The translations under genes and the position numbers were made by a program. A stretch of 64,000 nucleotides of DNA, from contig CAUUJG010000004.1 of assembly GCA_963545485.1 (NCBI GenBank), forward strand, positions 23,186 through 87,185, read 5' to 3'. The notes under the pieces are model-generated. The model was not told the DNA's origin and searched no databases. It worked only from the letters and a program-made list of their open reading frames with translations. Shown here piece by piece: positions 26,959 through 38,576 of the stretch. Position 1 is the stretch's first letter; the number at the start of each line of letters is the position of its first letter. Origin of the DNA: an uncultured Clostridia bacterium. Lineage in GTDB: Bacteria > Bacillota > Clostridia > Christensenellales > CAG-917.

Positions 26959-29508
26959 TTAATTTTCGTTATTCTCAAGCTTTTCTTCTTTGTTCTGTTC
27001 TTCCCCTGTCTCATTTGCTACTGATTCAGAAACTTCTTTCTCTAACTCATCCTCATTCGGAGCAATTGCAATAGATGCTATTTTTGCTTCTTCATCCTTC
27101 ATTTTCATTATTCGAACACCTTGTGAAGTTCTTCCAAATCTGCTGATATCGTCTGTGGATACTTTTATCACTATTCCACTATCTGTTATAAGCATGAGGT
27201 CATTCCCTTTTTCAAGTATTTTTAAACTTGCCAAATCTCCAGTCTTCTCATTAAATGTTCCCGCTTTTATTCCTTTTCCTGCTCTTCTCTGCAATCTATA
27301 GTCATCCAATGAGCTTCTCTTGCCATATCCATTTGTCGTTACTGTTATAACTTCTTGCTCTGGATCTTTAATTACTGCTACATCTACCAATGTTTCTCCA
27401 TCATCAAGATCCATCGCCTTAACTCCTCTAGCTGCTCTTCCCATTGGTCGTACATCCTTTTCACTACATCTAATAACATTCCCATTGTTTGCTGCAATTA
27501 TCAATTCATCTTCTCCGTTGGTTAAAACTGCAGATATTAACTCATCATCTTCATTAAATTTGATCGCAATTTTTCCTGTTCTATTAATTTGGTCAAACTC
27601 TTCCAATGGTGTTTTCTTTATCAATCCCTGCTTCGTTGCAAGTACAAGATATTTGCCTGCCGTATCTTCTGGAATTGGTAAGATCGCTTTAATTTTTTCT
27701 TCCTGTCCGATTTCAAGTAGATTTATTATAGCTCTTCCTCTTGCAGTTCTACTTGCTTCTGGAATCTCATATCCTTGTTTTGCGAATGCCTTTCCTGTGC
27801 TTGTAAATATCATATATCTTTGATGTGAATTCCCTATAAAAATATATTCTATGAAATCCTCTTCTTTTGTTTTGTGAGCCGCAACTCCTATTCCACCTCT
27901 TTTTTGGGTCCTATATTCTGAAACAGCCATTCTCTTAATATATCCCTCATGTGACATAGAAATTACAATATCTTCTTCTGGGATCAAGTCTGCTTGATCT
28001 AAATCAAACTCGCCATATGCAAGCTGCGTTTTTCTTGGCACTCCATATTTTTCTTTAATTTCTGTAAGCTCATTACGTACTATCTCTTTTATGTTTTCAT
28101 CTGAAGAAAGAATTCTTTTGTATTCTTTTATTTCTTCTTCCTTTTCATGCTTTTCGTTTTCTATCTTCTCAACCTCAAGTCCCGTCAACCTTTGAAGTCT
28201 CATATCCAGAATTGCTGTTGCCTGTCTTTCAGAAAGGATAAATCTCTCCATCAAATTTGCCATTGCATCTTGTCTATCTTTTGATTTTTTCAACACTTCA
28301 ACAACTTCATCTATATTTGCCAGTGCAATGGATAACCCCTCTAGAATATGTAATCTTTCTTCTGCTCTTTCTAAATCAAATTTTGTTCTTCTAACAATTA
28401 CTTCCATTTGGTGTGATATGTAGTTTGTCAAAATTTCTTTTAGATTTAAAATTTTAGGAACTCCATCAACTAATGCTAGGAAGATTGTCGAATATGTTAT
28501 TTGAAGATTTGTCTTTTTAAATAATTGATTTAATAAAACTTGTGGTGAACAATCTCTCTTCGCAGTTACTGTTATTCTTAATCCTCTTCTATCTGACTCA
28601 TCAAGCAAGTCTGCAATCCCCTCTATTTTTTTCTCTTTATGAAGATCTGAAATTGCAACCACTAATTTTTCTTTATTTATCTGATATGGCAGCTCTGTTA
28701 TTATGATTTTCGCTCTTTCACCTTCCTTCTCCTCAATCTCACATTTTGCTCTTAAAATCACTTTTCCCTTTCCTGTCCTATATGCTTCTCTGAGCCCATT
28801 CCCTCCAAATACGAGCCCTCCTGTTGGGAAGTCCGGAGCTTTTATATATTGCATTAACTCTTCAATACTTAAATCCGCATTATTTAAAAGTGCTATTGTT
28901 GCATCTATTGCTTCTACTAAATTATGAGGTGGAATAGATGTTGCCATACCAACAGCAATACCGTCAGCTCCATTTACGAGGATGTTTGGAAACTTGGATG
29001 GTAAAACTACCGGCTGTTCTCTTGTTTCATCAAAATTTGGATAAAAATCTACTGTCTTCTTATCTATGTCTCTTAACATTTCAAGAGATATTTTGCTCAA
29101 CCTTGCTTCTGTATATCTATTTGCCGCTGCAGGATCTCCATCAATAGATCCAAAATTTCCGTGCCCGTCAATAAGCGGATCATTTATTGAAAAGTCTTGA
29201 ACCAGTCGCACCATAGCATCATAAACGGCTGCGTCTCCATGAGGATGATACTTCCCAAGAACATCCCCTACTGTCGTGGCACATTTCCTATACGGCTTAT
29301 CTGGGGTTAATCCACTTTCATACATTGAATATAAAATTCTTCTATGCACCGGTTTTAATCCATCTCTTACATCTGGTATTGCTCTAGAAATGTTAACCGC
29401 CATAGCATATGATATGAAAGATCTTTTCAACTGATTTTCTATATCTTGATTTACTATCTTTGATTTCTCTAAATGCTCAATAAAATCCATTCCTTTTTCG
29501 TTTGCCAT
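26959..29508 (-). CDS. gyrA: DNA gyrase subunit A
   Basis: [23 protein letters not shown] and the active-site region [10 protein letters not shown]. The likely start at 29508 is preceded by AGGAGG. The ORF is open to 29547. Confidence 0.95.
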   Translation of the reverse strand: MANEKGMDFIEHLEKSKIVNQDIENQLKRSFISYAMAVNISRAIPDVRDGLKPVHRRILYSMYESGLTPDKPYRKCATTVGDVLGKYHPHGDAAVYDAMVRLVQDFSINDPLIDGHGNFGSIDGDPAAANRYTEARLSKISLEMLRDIDKKTVDFYPNFDETREQPVVLPSKFPNILVNGADGIAVGMATSIPPHNLVEAIDATIALLNNADLSIEELMQYIKAPDFPTGGLVFGGNGLREAYRTGKGKVILRAKCEIEEKEGERAKIIITELPYQINKEKLVVAISDLHKEKKIEGIADLLDESDRRGLRITVTAKRDCSPQVLLNQLFKKTNLQITYSTIFLALVDGVPKILNLKEILTNYISHQMEVIVRRTKFDLERAEERLHILEGLSIALANIDEVVEVLKKSKDRQDAMANLMERFILSERQATAILDMRLQRLTGLEVEKIENEKHEKEEEIKEYKRILSSDENIKEIVRNELTEIKEKYGVPRKTQLAYGEFDLDQADLIPEEDIVISMSHEGYIKRMAVSEYRTQKRGGIGVAAHKTKEEDFIEYIFIGNSHQRYMIFTSTGKAFAKQGYEIPEASRTARGRAIINLLEIGQEEKIKAILPIPEDTAGKYLVLATKQGLIKKTPLEEFDQINRTGKIAIKFNEDDELISAVLTNGEDELIIAANNGNVIRCSEKDVRPMGRAARGVKAMDLDDGETLVDVAVIKDPEQEVITVTTNGYGKRSSLDDYRLQRRAGKGIKAGTFNEKTGDLASLKILEKGNDLMLITDSGIVIKVSTDDISRFGRTSQGVRIMKMKDEEAKIASIAIAPNEDELEKEVSESVANETGEEQNKEEKLENNEN

Positions 29509-29524
29509 ACTTTCTCTCTTCCTC

Positions 29525-31438
<1,914 letters not shown>

Positions 31439-31650
31439 TTATGCCTCCCTCTATTTATATATAATAATAAATATAATAATAACAATTTAATATAAATATG
31501 TAAATTGATTGATGTCCAATCTAAAATGCACTGTTCAAACCCCGCTTATTTTGTGTTTGCTTGGCTTCTACGCAATTTTTTTATGTTTCTTGATATATTT
31601 ATCGTTTGTGTGCTTTTTGCTTGTTAAAATGGCATTTTGCATGTCGTTTT

Positions 31651-31666
31651 TGTTTCACATGAAACA
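31651..31666. promoter_or_regulatory. parS-like centromere site TGTTTCACATGAAACA (15 of 16 matches to TGTTNCACGTGAAACA)
   Basis: Read directly in the gyrB-upstream intergenic region. There is a single mismatch at the central dyad. Confidence 0.6.
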
Positions 31667-31847
31667 TTTCCGGTGCTGTTTTTATTTTTATTTTCTATCT
31701 CTTTTAGTTTATCTAGGTATTCTATTCGGCTCGTTTTTTCTTTTGGCAGTATTTTAATTCTCATTTTTGGTGCAATTTTATTGTCTAACTTCATTCTTCT
31801 CGTTTTATATCTTGTCCACTGTTAAATTCTTTTTCGTTTTTACCGTC

Positions 31848-33228
31848 TCATTTGTCAGCCTTTACTTTCCAGTATCCTGTTTTATTAGCCCCTATTCGCT
31901 CTATATATCCATTTTCTTTTAGGAACCTAATATTCTTTTCAACCGCTGTTAACCCCATTCCTACTATTACAGATAGTTGCACTTGAGTCACATTTGGATT
32001 ACTTCTTATTTCTTCTAAAATTTGTCTTCGTCTTGGGCTTAAAAACTTATGACTTTCGTCGCTATATTTTATTTTTTTTTATTTTATTAAACGGAATATT
32101 GACAGCTATCGAATTTTTTCTAAAATCAAATGCTTCTCTTCCATAAATGTCTATAATTTTAGGCACACCTCTTCCTGATTGTTCACTAATGTGCAACTGC
32201 AAAAATATGTCTGATAACTTTTTGTTTATGGGAACCGACTCGCCTCTAAAAAACCCTTCCTTTGTTTGCCTTGGGTCAAGAGTACCTCTTGAAAAAATTT
32301 CTATTCGATTGCTATATACTGTAATCATCGGAGCATTCTCATCCACCCATTTGTTATGAACAAAGGCATTTATAACCGCTTCTCTAAATGCACTCGCATC
32401 AAATAAGGCAATATCCTTTCTCGTTGTAAGTCTTCTTCTTTCGTCTGCTTGTATTATATTTATTACATCTGCATACTCTAATACTTTATCTAAACTCAAC
32501 AGAATGCATGTGTTTCCAAATTCCTTCACAGAGTAAAGAGGGCTTGCTTTTGTTTCCCCACTAAATATAGAAACCCTTACTGGCATATGACTATCATCTG
32601 ACAACAGTTGAGCCATTAGATTATATTTGCCGTTGTTTGTCTGCAGCCCAAGATTTTTCTTAAATGTTTCGTTTTTTAAAGAAATCCCTCTGCCTGCATA
32701 ATAAGTGAAGAGTCTCTCAAATGTTAAATCTTGATATTCTGACTCCATTGTTTCTATTGTTTCTTCTTTGTTTCTTAATATTTCAAAAAGGTTTGCTTCT
32801 CTATCGTGATACTTCGCAATATTAACTTTGCTTGATCCTATTCTAATATATCTTATCCCATTAAATGCGGTTGGGACCTTTTTAGCCATCGGAATTTTTA
32901 ATATAACAAGATTCTTATTGTCAAATTTTACTTCACAAAAAGAGAAAGCAATATCTGGCGTTAACTGCCTTGCAAGATAGTGTTCTAAAGGTTCTCCTTT
33001 AAAATCTGTCCTGTAATCAAAGTTTGTCCCCAAAACTTCATGCGTCTTATCTTTTATTCCCCAAACAAGGTATGCATATTCCTGTCTACAAATTGCAGCT
33101 GCATTTGACAATGCTGATATGTATTCGCCTATCTCATGTGCTTCACACCAGTTTTCCTTAAATTCAAACCATTCTTCCTCTGTTTTATGGTTGATCAAAT
33201 TTTTTATGAGTTCAATATTATTATTCAT
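31848..33228 (-). pseudogene. AlbA_2 (Schlafen-like) + HATPase_c_4 + winged-HTH putative regulator, frame broken at an A9 tract
   Basis: ORF 32062..33228 (388 aa) ends NKIKKNKI*. The adjacent frame continues YSDESHKFLSPRRRQILEEIRSNPNVTQVQLSVIVGMGLTAVEKNIRFLKENGYIERIGANKTGYWKVKADK* (stop at 31848-31850). The switch is at the T9 run 32072-32080. Confidence 0.7.
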
Positions 33229-33231
33229 ACT

Positions 33232-33267
33232 TTTATCCCCTACTTTATCCCCTACTTTATCCCCTAC
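33232..33267. repeat. Perfect 3 x 12-bp tandem repeat (TTTATCCCCTAC; minus strand GTAGGGGATAAA)
   Basis: Read directly. It lies 4-39 nt upstream of the ATG at 33228, and each unit carries an SD-like AGGGGA on the coding strand. Confidence 0.9.
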
Positions 33268-34924
33268 TTTTATTGTAACTCTAATTTGTTGGAATGCAGA
33301 TTTTTTTTATTGCTTTGTTGATATTGTGCCCGTTTTTTGCTTTAAAAAGCCTTACTTTTAGACTTTTTGCTAATCTTTGCTTTTATTTTTTGTCTTAGAC
33401 CATTGTTGTGATCTTTCCATCTATTAAAAAGTGTCCTTCCCTTTGTCTTACAATATTAGTCCTAGTTCTTCTCCAAGCTGTTCTATATGTTTTGGCATTT
33501 TGCAAAAGATCCACCCTGTATTATTTGAACTCCTTGCTTTCCTATAATTATCTATTCTTATCAAAATATTTGATAATCTTGTTTTTTTACTTATAACTAA
33601 TTCTAAACTAGAATTTCGCCGACTCATTACCACTGTTACTGCCGAAATATATATTCTTTGAGGTGTTTTTATAGTGAAAAGTATAAGAAATTGATTAAGT
33701 AATCACTTTGTATTCTTCAATTTTTAAATACGAATTTCTTCTTAAACTTTTTGCATTGTTCGCTTTTCGGTGCTTTATTTGTTTCTCGTCTTCTTGTTTC
33801 TCATTTATTTTTATGTTTTTTATTATATCTAACTCAGTATTTTGTAATTATTTTTTGTTTTTATACCATTTTGTTGTGTTATGGTTTTTTCTTGTTTGTT
33901 TTTTTGGTGCATTTGTTTTTTTTAACTGCCGCCTTTTCTATTTGTTTGTGGCGTCTTGTTGGTGGTTTCTATAATGATTCATTTTGTATCTCACCCAACA
34001 ACTCACTGCTGGAGGTCAACAAAAACATTTCAATAGTTCTTTTTTGGATTGATATGCCAAAATTCACACAGATACACATTCAAAAACCGCCAAATATGGT
34101 TTGTAAATGTCTATATATCGACAATCTCCTTAAGTATCATCTTAATTCTTCAAGGTTTTCCTATTTTTACCAATTCTTGCTGCGGCTTCTTTTTTGGTGC
34201 ACTACACGCCCTGGGGTTTTATGCTTTTTTTTGTTAATTTTGTATTTTTATTACGTCTAACCCTATTATTTAAACTACTTGTTTTAATTTTTGCGATTTC
34301 TGATGTTTTTGCTTTATTTAATATTTATTTTTGGTGCATTTCATAAGTTTTGGAAGCCTCTTTTGCCTTCCATTTTGTATATTTTTTTCTGCTTCTTGTT
34401 GTTTGGGTAAATTTAATCCTTGATCCTTGCACCCGGCGTCATTATTCTTTTTTGATTGTTTTGCTAGAAGCGTTGTTTTTAAGCCATTACTTAAACCCCC
34501 TATCCTATATTTTAGCAGTTTTATGCTTTTGAGTTTTGGCTCTTTTTTTTTATGTAATCTATTCTTGCATTTTTATTCCGCCTTTTCATCCTCAAGCTTT
34601 TTAATTCATTTGTTCTTTATTTTTTATTTGTTTTTGTTTCAACTATAACTAAATCTTTTATTGTTAGTTCTTTTTATTCAACTTAACCAACCCTTTCTTT
34701 TGCAGTCTGTTTCTGTTTTAAAATACCTTACCTTTGTACTCCACAAACACTCTTTCAGTGTGTTTTTCTATTTTTTTGGTGCTTTTTCGTTTTGTTTTAA
34801 AAATTAGAATTCTATCTGTAAAAAGCCCGTTTTTTAGTTTTTTGTTTTAAAATGTCGTTGTTTTTAGACTAATTTTCATTATTCCCTTGATTGATTTGCT
34901 ATTTGTAACGATTTTTTATTTCTT

Positions 34925-35656
34925 TTAGTTTTTAACTTTTGGTGCAAGATGTTTAAAAAATTCCTCGGTTGCTTCTATAATTTTTGAGATGTACTTTTCA
35001 TATTTCGTCATTCCTTTTTGTACGGTTTCTTCAAATGTCTGGTCTGCTGCTTGATCTGCATTATCTGAAACTATTTTTAATGATGCTAGTGGAATATTGT
35101 TCATCTCACATGCCATTGCTATACCTGCTAATTCCATATCACAAATATCTGCGTAAAATGTTTTATTTAAATCTTCCTTTCTTTTTTTGTTTGCTATAAA
35201 TTCATCACCAGAAGCTAAAGTAACTAATTTAAAAGACCCCAGTGTCTTTTCATATATTTTTCCAATCAGATCATTATCTAAATTGAAATATATACCGTTC
35301 CTATTATTATATTGTCCTTTTGGAATATTATTTATTGCCGAAAGATCAAATTGATAATGTGCTACTTTTTCTACAATAACCAAATCATTTAATCCCACTT
35401 TATTGCTTATTGCTCCTACAAATCCAAAATTTAATACTATTTCAACATCAAAATGAGAAATAAGTACTTGCGTCGCTATTGCTGCCCTTATTTCTCCTAT
35501 TCCTGATTTCACTAAATATATTGTGTTATTAATATCTTCTATTTTAATTATTTTTACATTAGAAATTTTACATTCTTCCATTTTCATCTTTTTACCGTAT
35601 TCTTTATATATTGGAAGCATTTCCTCATACATTGCTGTTATTATTCCTATTCTCAT
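34925..35656 (-). CDS. 5-prime-methylthioadenosine/S-adenosylhomocysteine nucleosidase family (PNP_UDP_1)
   Basis: IGIITAMYEE opening, SGIGEIRAAIATQ, and the DMELAGIA....SLKIVSD pattern typical of MtnN/Pfs. Confidence 0.75.
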   Translation of the reverse strand: MRIGIITAMYEEMLPIYKEYGKKMKMEECKISNVKIIKIEDINNTIYLVKSGIGEIRAAIATQVLISHFDVEIVLNFGFVGAISNKVGLNDLVIVEKVAHYQFDLSAINNIPKGQYNNRNGIYFNLDNDLIGKIYEKTLGSFKLVTLASGDEFIANKKRKEDLNKTFYADICDMELAGIAMACEMNNIPLASLKIVSDNADQAADQTFEETVQKGMTKYEKYISKIIEATEEFFKHLAPKVKN

Positions 35657-35747
35657 ATTTTCCTCTCTTTATTTATCTTAACAAAGCAAAACTTCTATTT
35701 ACAATATTCCCTTTATTTATATTTTTATTTTATCTATTATTATAAAG

Positions 35748-36452
35748 ATGGTGCAAGAAGTTGTTTTGTTAAAAAATTATTTAAATAGTATGTCTATACC
35801 GTTAAAAGAAGAACAAATATCTCTCCTTTTATCTTTTATGGATCTTGTTTTAGAAAAAAACAAAACTGTTAATCTCACATCTATTACTTCTCAAGATGAC
35901 TTTATTCAAAAACATCTTGTAGATAGTTTAACAGCGTTAAAATATATATCTGATAACAGTACAGTTCTTGATTTAGGTGTTGGTGGAGGGTTCCCTCTTA
36001 TTCCTTTAGCTTGTATAAAATCTTCCTGTTTCTTTACGGGAGTTGAGAGTATTGGAAAAAAAATTAATTTTTTGCAAGATGCATCAAAACATCTTAATTT
36101 GAATAATACAAAATTTATTAATGCAAGAATTGAAGATCTGAATTGTTTAAAAGAATCTTTTGATTATATAACAGCTCGTGCTGTTGGTCATTTAGGATTA
36201 CTTCTTGAATTAACAATTCCTTTTTTAAAAATTGGTGGAAAATTTATTGCCTACAAAACAAATGAAAGCGAGTTAGAATTTTTACAAAAAGAATTAAATA
36301 TTTTAAATTGTAAACTCCTACGTGTTGATAAATTTAATCTACCAAATGGTGATAATAGGTGTCTTTTGATTTTTGAAAAATTAAACAAAACAGATAAAAT
36401 ATATCCAAGAAATTTTTCTTTAATAAAAAAATATCCTTTATATGAGGTTTAA
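35748..36452 (+). CDS. rsmG: 16S rRNA (guanine527-N7)-methyltransferase RsmG (GidB)
   Basis: SAM-binding motif DLGVGGGFPLIPLA, and TARAV. 234 aa. Confidence 0.9.
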   Translation: MVQEVVLLKNYLNSMSIPLKEEQISLLLSFMDLVLEKNKTVNLTSITSQDDFIQKHLVDSLTALKYISDNSTVLDLGVGGGFPLIPLACIKSSCFFTGVESIGKKINFLQDASKHLNLNNTKFINARIEDLNCLKESFDYITARAVGHLGLLLELTIPFLKIGGKFIAYKTNESELEFLQKELNILNCKLLRVDKFNLPNGDNRCLLIFEKLNKTDKIYPRNFSLIKKYPLYEV

Positions 36453-37274
36453 ATGCAAAGAAAAGAAATTAAATATATTTCTATTGATTTAATTGAAAGA
36501 AATAATAATCAACCAAGAAAAACATTCACTGAAGAAGGTCTCGAAGAATTAACAAATTCTATAAAAGAACATGGTATTATTCAACCAATTGTCGTCACAA
36601 AAAAAGGTGATAAATACATGATAATTGCTGGGGAAAGACGCTTTAGAGCTTCTTTAAGAGCAAATTTAACAGAAATACCATGTATTGTTGAATCACTTGA
36701 AACAGTTGAAATTCAAGAAATTGCATTAATAGAAAATTTACATAGAAGAGATTTAAACCCTATTGAAATTGCTAAAAGTATGAAAGATTTATTAGAGTTT
36801 TATGATTTAACTCAAGAAGAACTATCTATTAAAATTGGTAAATCAAGAGCTTACATAGCAAATATGATAAGACTTTTATCTCTTCCTGAAGAAGTACGAC
36901 AAATGTTAATAGAAAATAAGATAACCGCCGGTCATGCAAGAGCTCTTCTGTCTATTCAAAATAAAGATGAATTAATTAGAATTGCAAAAAAAATAGTTGA
37001 AAAAAATTATAATGTAAGAGATGTTGAAAATGAAGTTAAACTTTTTGAAATTAAATCAAAACCTATTTTAAAACAATCTAAAAAACCTCAACAAAAACAA
37101 ACATTAGAAATGAAAAATTTTATAAATGATTTAAAATATGTTTTAGCAACAAGTGTAAAAATAATTGGTAATGAACATAAAGGTCGTATTTATATCGACT
37201 ACTACAGTACAGATGATCTTACAAGAATTGCAAATTTATTAGATTTATATAAACGAAAAATTGAAAATATTTAA
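36453..37274 (+). CDS. parB: ParB/Spo0J/Noc-family partition protein (no adjacent parA)
   Basis: ParB box motifs QPRK and GERRFRA, and an HTH (ELSIKIGKSRAYIANMIRLL). The start abuts the rsmG stop. Confidence 0.9.
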   Translation: MQRKEIKYISIDLIERNNNQPRKTFTEEGLEELTNSIKEHGIIQPIVVTKKGDKYMIIAGERRFRASLRANLTEIPCIVESLETVEIQEIALIENLHRRDLNPIEIAKSMKDLLEFYDLTQEELSIKIGKSRAYIANMIRLLSLPEEVRQMLIENKITAGHARALLSIQNKDELIRIAKKIVEKNYNVRDVENEVKLFEIKSKPILKQSKKPQQKQTLEMKNFINDLKYVLATSVKIIGNEHKGRIYIDYYSTDDLTRIANLLDLYKRKIENI

Positions 37275-37276
37275 AT

Positions 37277-37473
37277 TGTGTATAACTCCATTAAAATGTT
37301 AATAATTTGTGTATAACATTATATAAGTTATCCACAGCCAAAATAGTATATATTGTGGTTTTATTATATTTTAAATACTTTATATTGTGGTTTGTAAAAG
37401 TTATCCACTTGTAAACATGCCTTATATATGTTAATATAATTAATATTATTAATATAAATATAAGGGAGACGAT
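37277..37473. promoter_or_regulatory. DnaA-box cluster plus AT-rich tract (oriC-like) directly upstream of dnaN
   Basis: TGTGTATAA at 37277-37285 and 37308-37316. Perfect TTATCCACA at 37328-37336. TTATCCACT at 37401-37409. A 13-nt direct repeat TATATTGTGGTTT at 37349 and 37381. A nearly pure A/T stretch at 37420-37465. Confidence 0.65.
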
Positions 37474-38571
37474 ATGAATTTTTTCTGCGAAGTAAAAGAA
37501 TTAAAAAATGCATTAAATAAATTGGTAGGTGTTGTTTCTTTAGATAAAACTCAATCTGTTTTAGATCACATAAAAATAATAACTAATGATAAAGCAGTTA
37601 AATTAATAGCAACAGATACAGAAATACAAATAGAAAAAATAATAAATGCAAAAATAAAAAAAGATGGTGAAGGACTTGTTGTAGGTAAAAAGTTTTGTGA
37701 ATTTGTATCAAAATTAACTTGTGATGAAGTTGAAATAATTCAAGAAGAACCAGGCAGTTTAAAAATAAAATATGTTGATTCTGAAACAATTCTTCCATCT
37801 GCAGATGTAAATGAGTTTCCAAAATTAATAGAAATATCAAGTAATGAAAAATTTGATATTAAAATGAATGATTTAAAAGAATTAATAGAAAAAGTAGATT
37901 TTAGTTTATCTACAGAGAGTAATAGACCTGTTTTAAATGGGTGCTTATTTGAAATTGAAAGTGGAAAAATAAAAGCAGTTGCACTTGATGGATATAGAAT
38001 AGCAATAGCAGAATGTGAAATTAAAAATAAAGAAATAAATAAAAAAATATTAATTCATGGTAGACAATTAAGAGAAATAAAAAAGATTTTAGATAATAAT
38101 AATGAAGAAATTACATTTATAATTTCAAATGATAAGATTTGTATTGATCTATTACATACAAAAATAGTTTCTCAATTAATGAGAGAAGAATTTATAAATT
38201 ATAAAAATGTAATACCAGAAGCAAAGGCAACAGAAATAATAATTCAAAAAAAAGAATTTGAAAATACAATACAAAGAGTTGAAGTAATTAATAGGGATGT
38301 TAGAAATAATGATGTTTGTTTAACAGTAAAAGAACAGCATCTTGGTATAAGTGCTCAAAGTCTTTATGGAACTATAAATGAAAAATTACCAGTTTCTGTA
38401 ACTGGGATAGATCAAAAAGTAAATTTAAGTATTAGGTTTATAATAGATTGTTTAAAAGTTATAAAAGAAGAAGAATTAATAATTGGTATTGCAACGAGTA
38501 CAAAACCAGTGTTAATTAGAAATAAAGAAAATACTTGGAATTATATTATTGTTCCAATTATGAAAAAATAA
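37474..38571 (+). CDS. dnaN: DNA polymerase III beta sliding clamp
   Basis: 365 aa with three-domain clamp-like length and conserved blocks (RPVLNGCLFE, LDGYRIA). Confidence 0.9.
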   Translation: MNFFCEVKELKNALNKLVGVVSLDKTQSVLDHIKIITNDKAVKLIATDTEIQIEKIINAKIKKDGEGLVVGKKFCEFVSKLTCDEVEIIQEEPGSLKIKYVDSETILPSADVNEFPKLIEISSNEKFDIKMNDLKELIEKVDFSLSTESNRPVLNGCLFEIESGKIKAVALDGYRIAIAECEIKNKEINKKILIHGRQLREIKKILDNNNEEITFIISNDKICIDLLHTKIVSQLMREEFINYKNVIPEAKATEIIIQKKEFENTIQRVEVINRDVRNNDVCLTVKEQHLGISAQSLYGTINEKLPVSVTGIDQKVNLSIRFIIDCLKVIKEEELIIGIATSTKPVLIRNKENTWNYIIVPIMKK

Positions 38572-38576
38572 TATTT

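Noticed and set aside
31590-31666. A 22-aa basic ORF (MFHVKQKRHAKCHFNKQKAHKR) overlapping the parS-like site on the minus strand
   Set aside because: It has no RBS, it is very short, and its composition follows the A-rich strand. The palindromic parS match is the better explanation for the conserved-looking sequence.
33232-33267. The tandem 12-mers as a possible mini-CRISPR or other spaced array
   Set aside because: The units are directly abutting with no spacers. There are only three copies and no cas genes in the window.
33448-33633. Minus-strand 61-aa ORF in the gene-free region
   Set aside because: It has no convincing RBS and no recognisable motif, and it is flanked by stops in all frames. 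At best it is a fragment of a decayed gene.
33708-34260. Plus-strand ORFs of 88 and 169 aa (and others at 33119-33361 and 34350-34648) inside the gene-free region
   Set aside because: Their products are Phe/Leu/Cys-rich low-complexity strings, which simply translate the T-rich strand. They lack an RBS and have no domain-like pattern.
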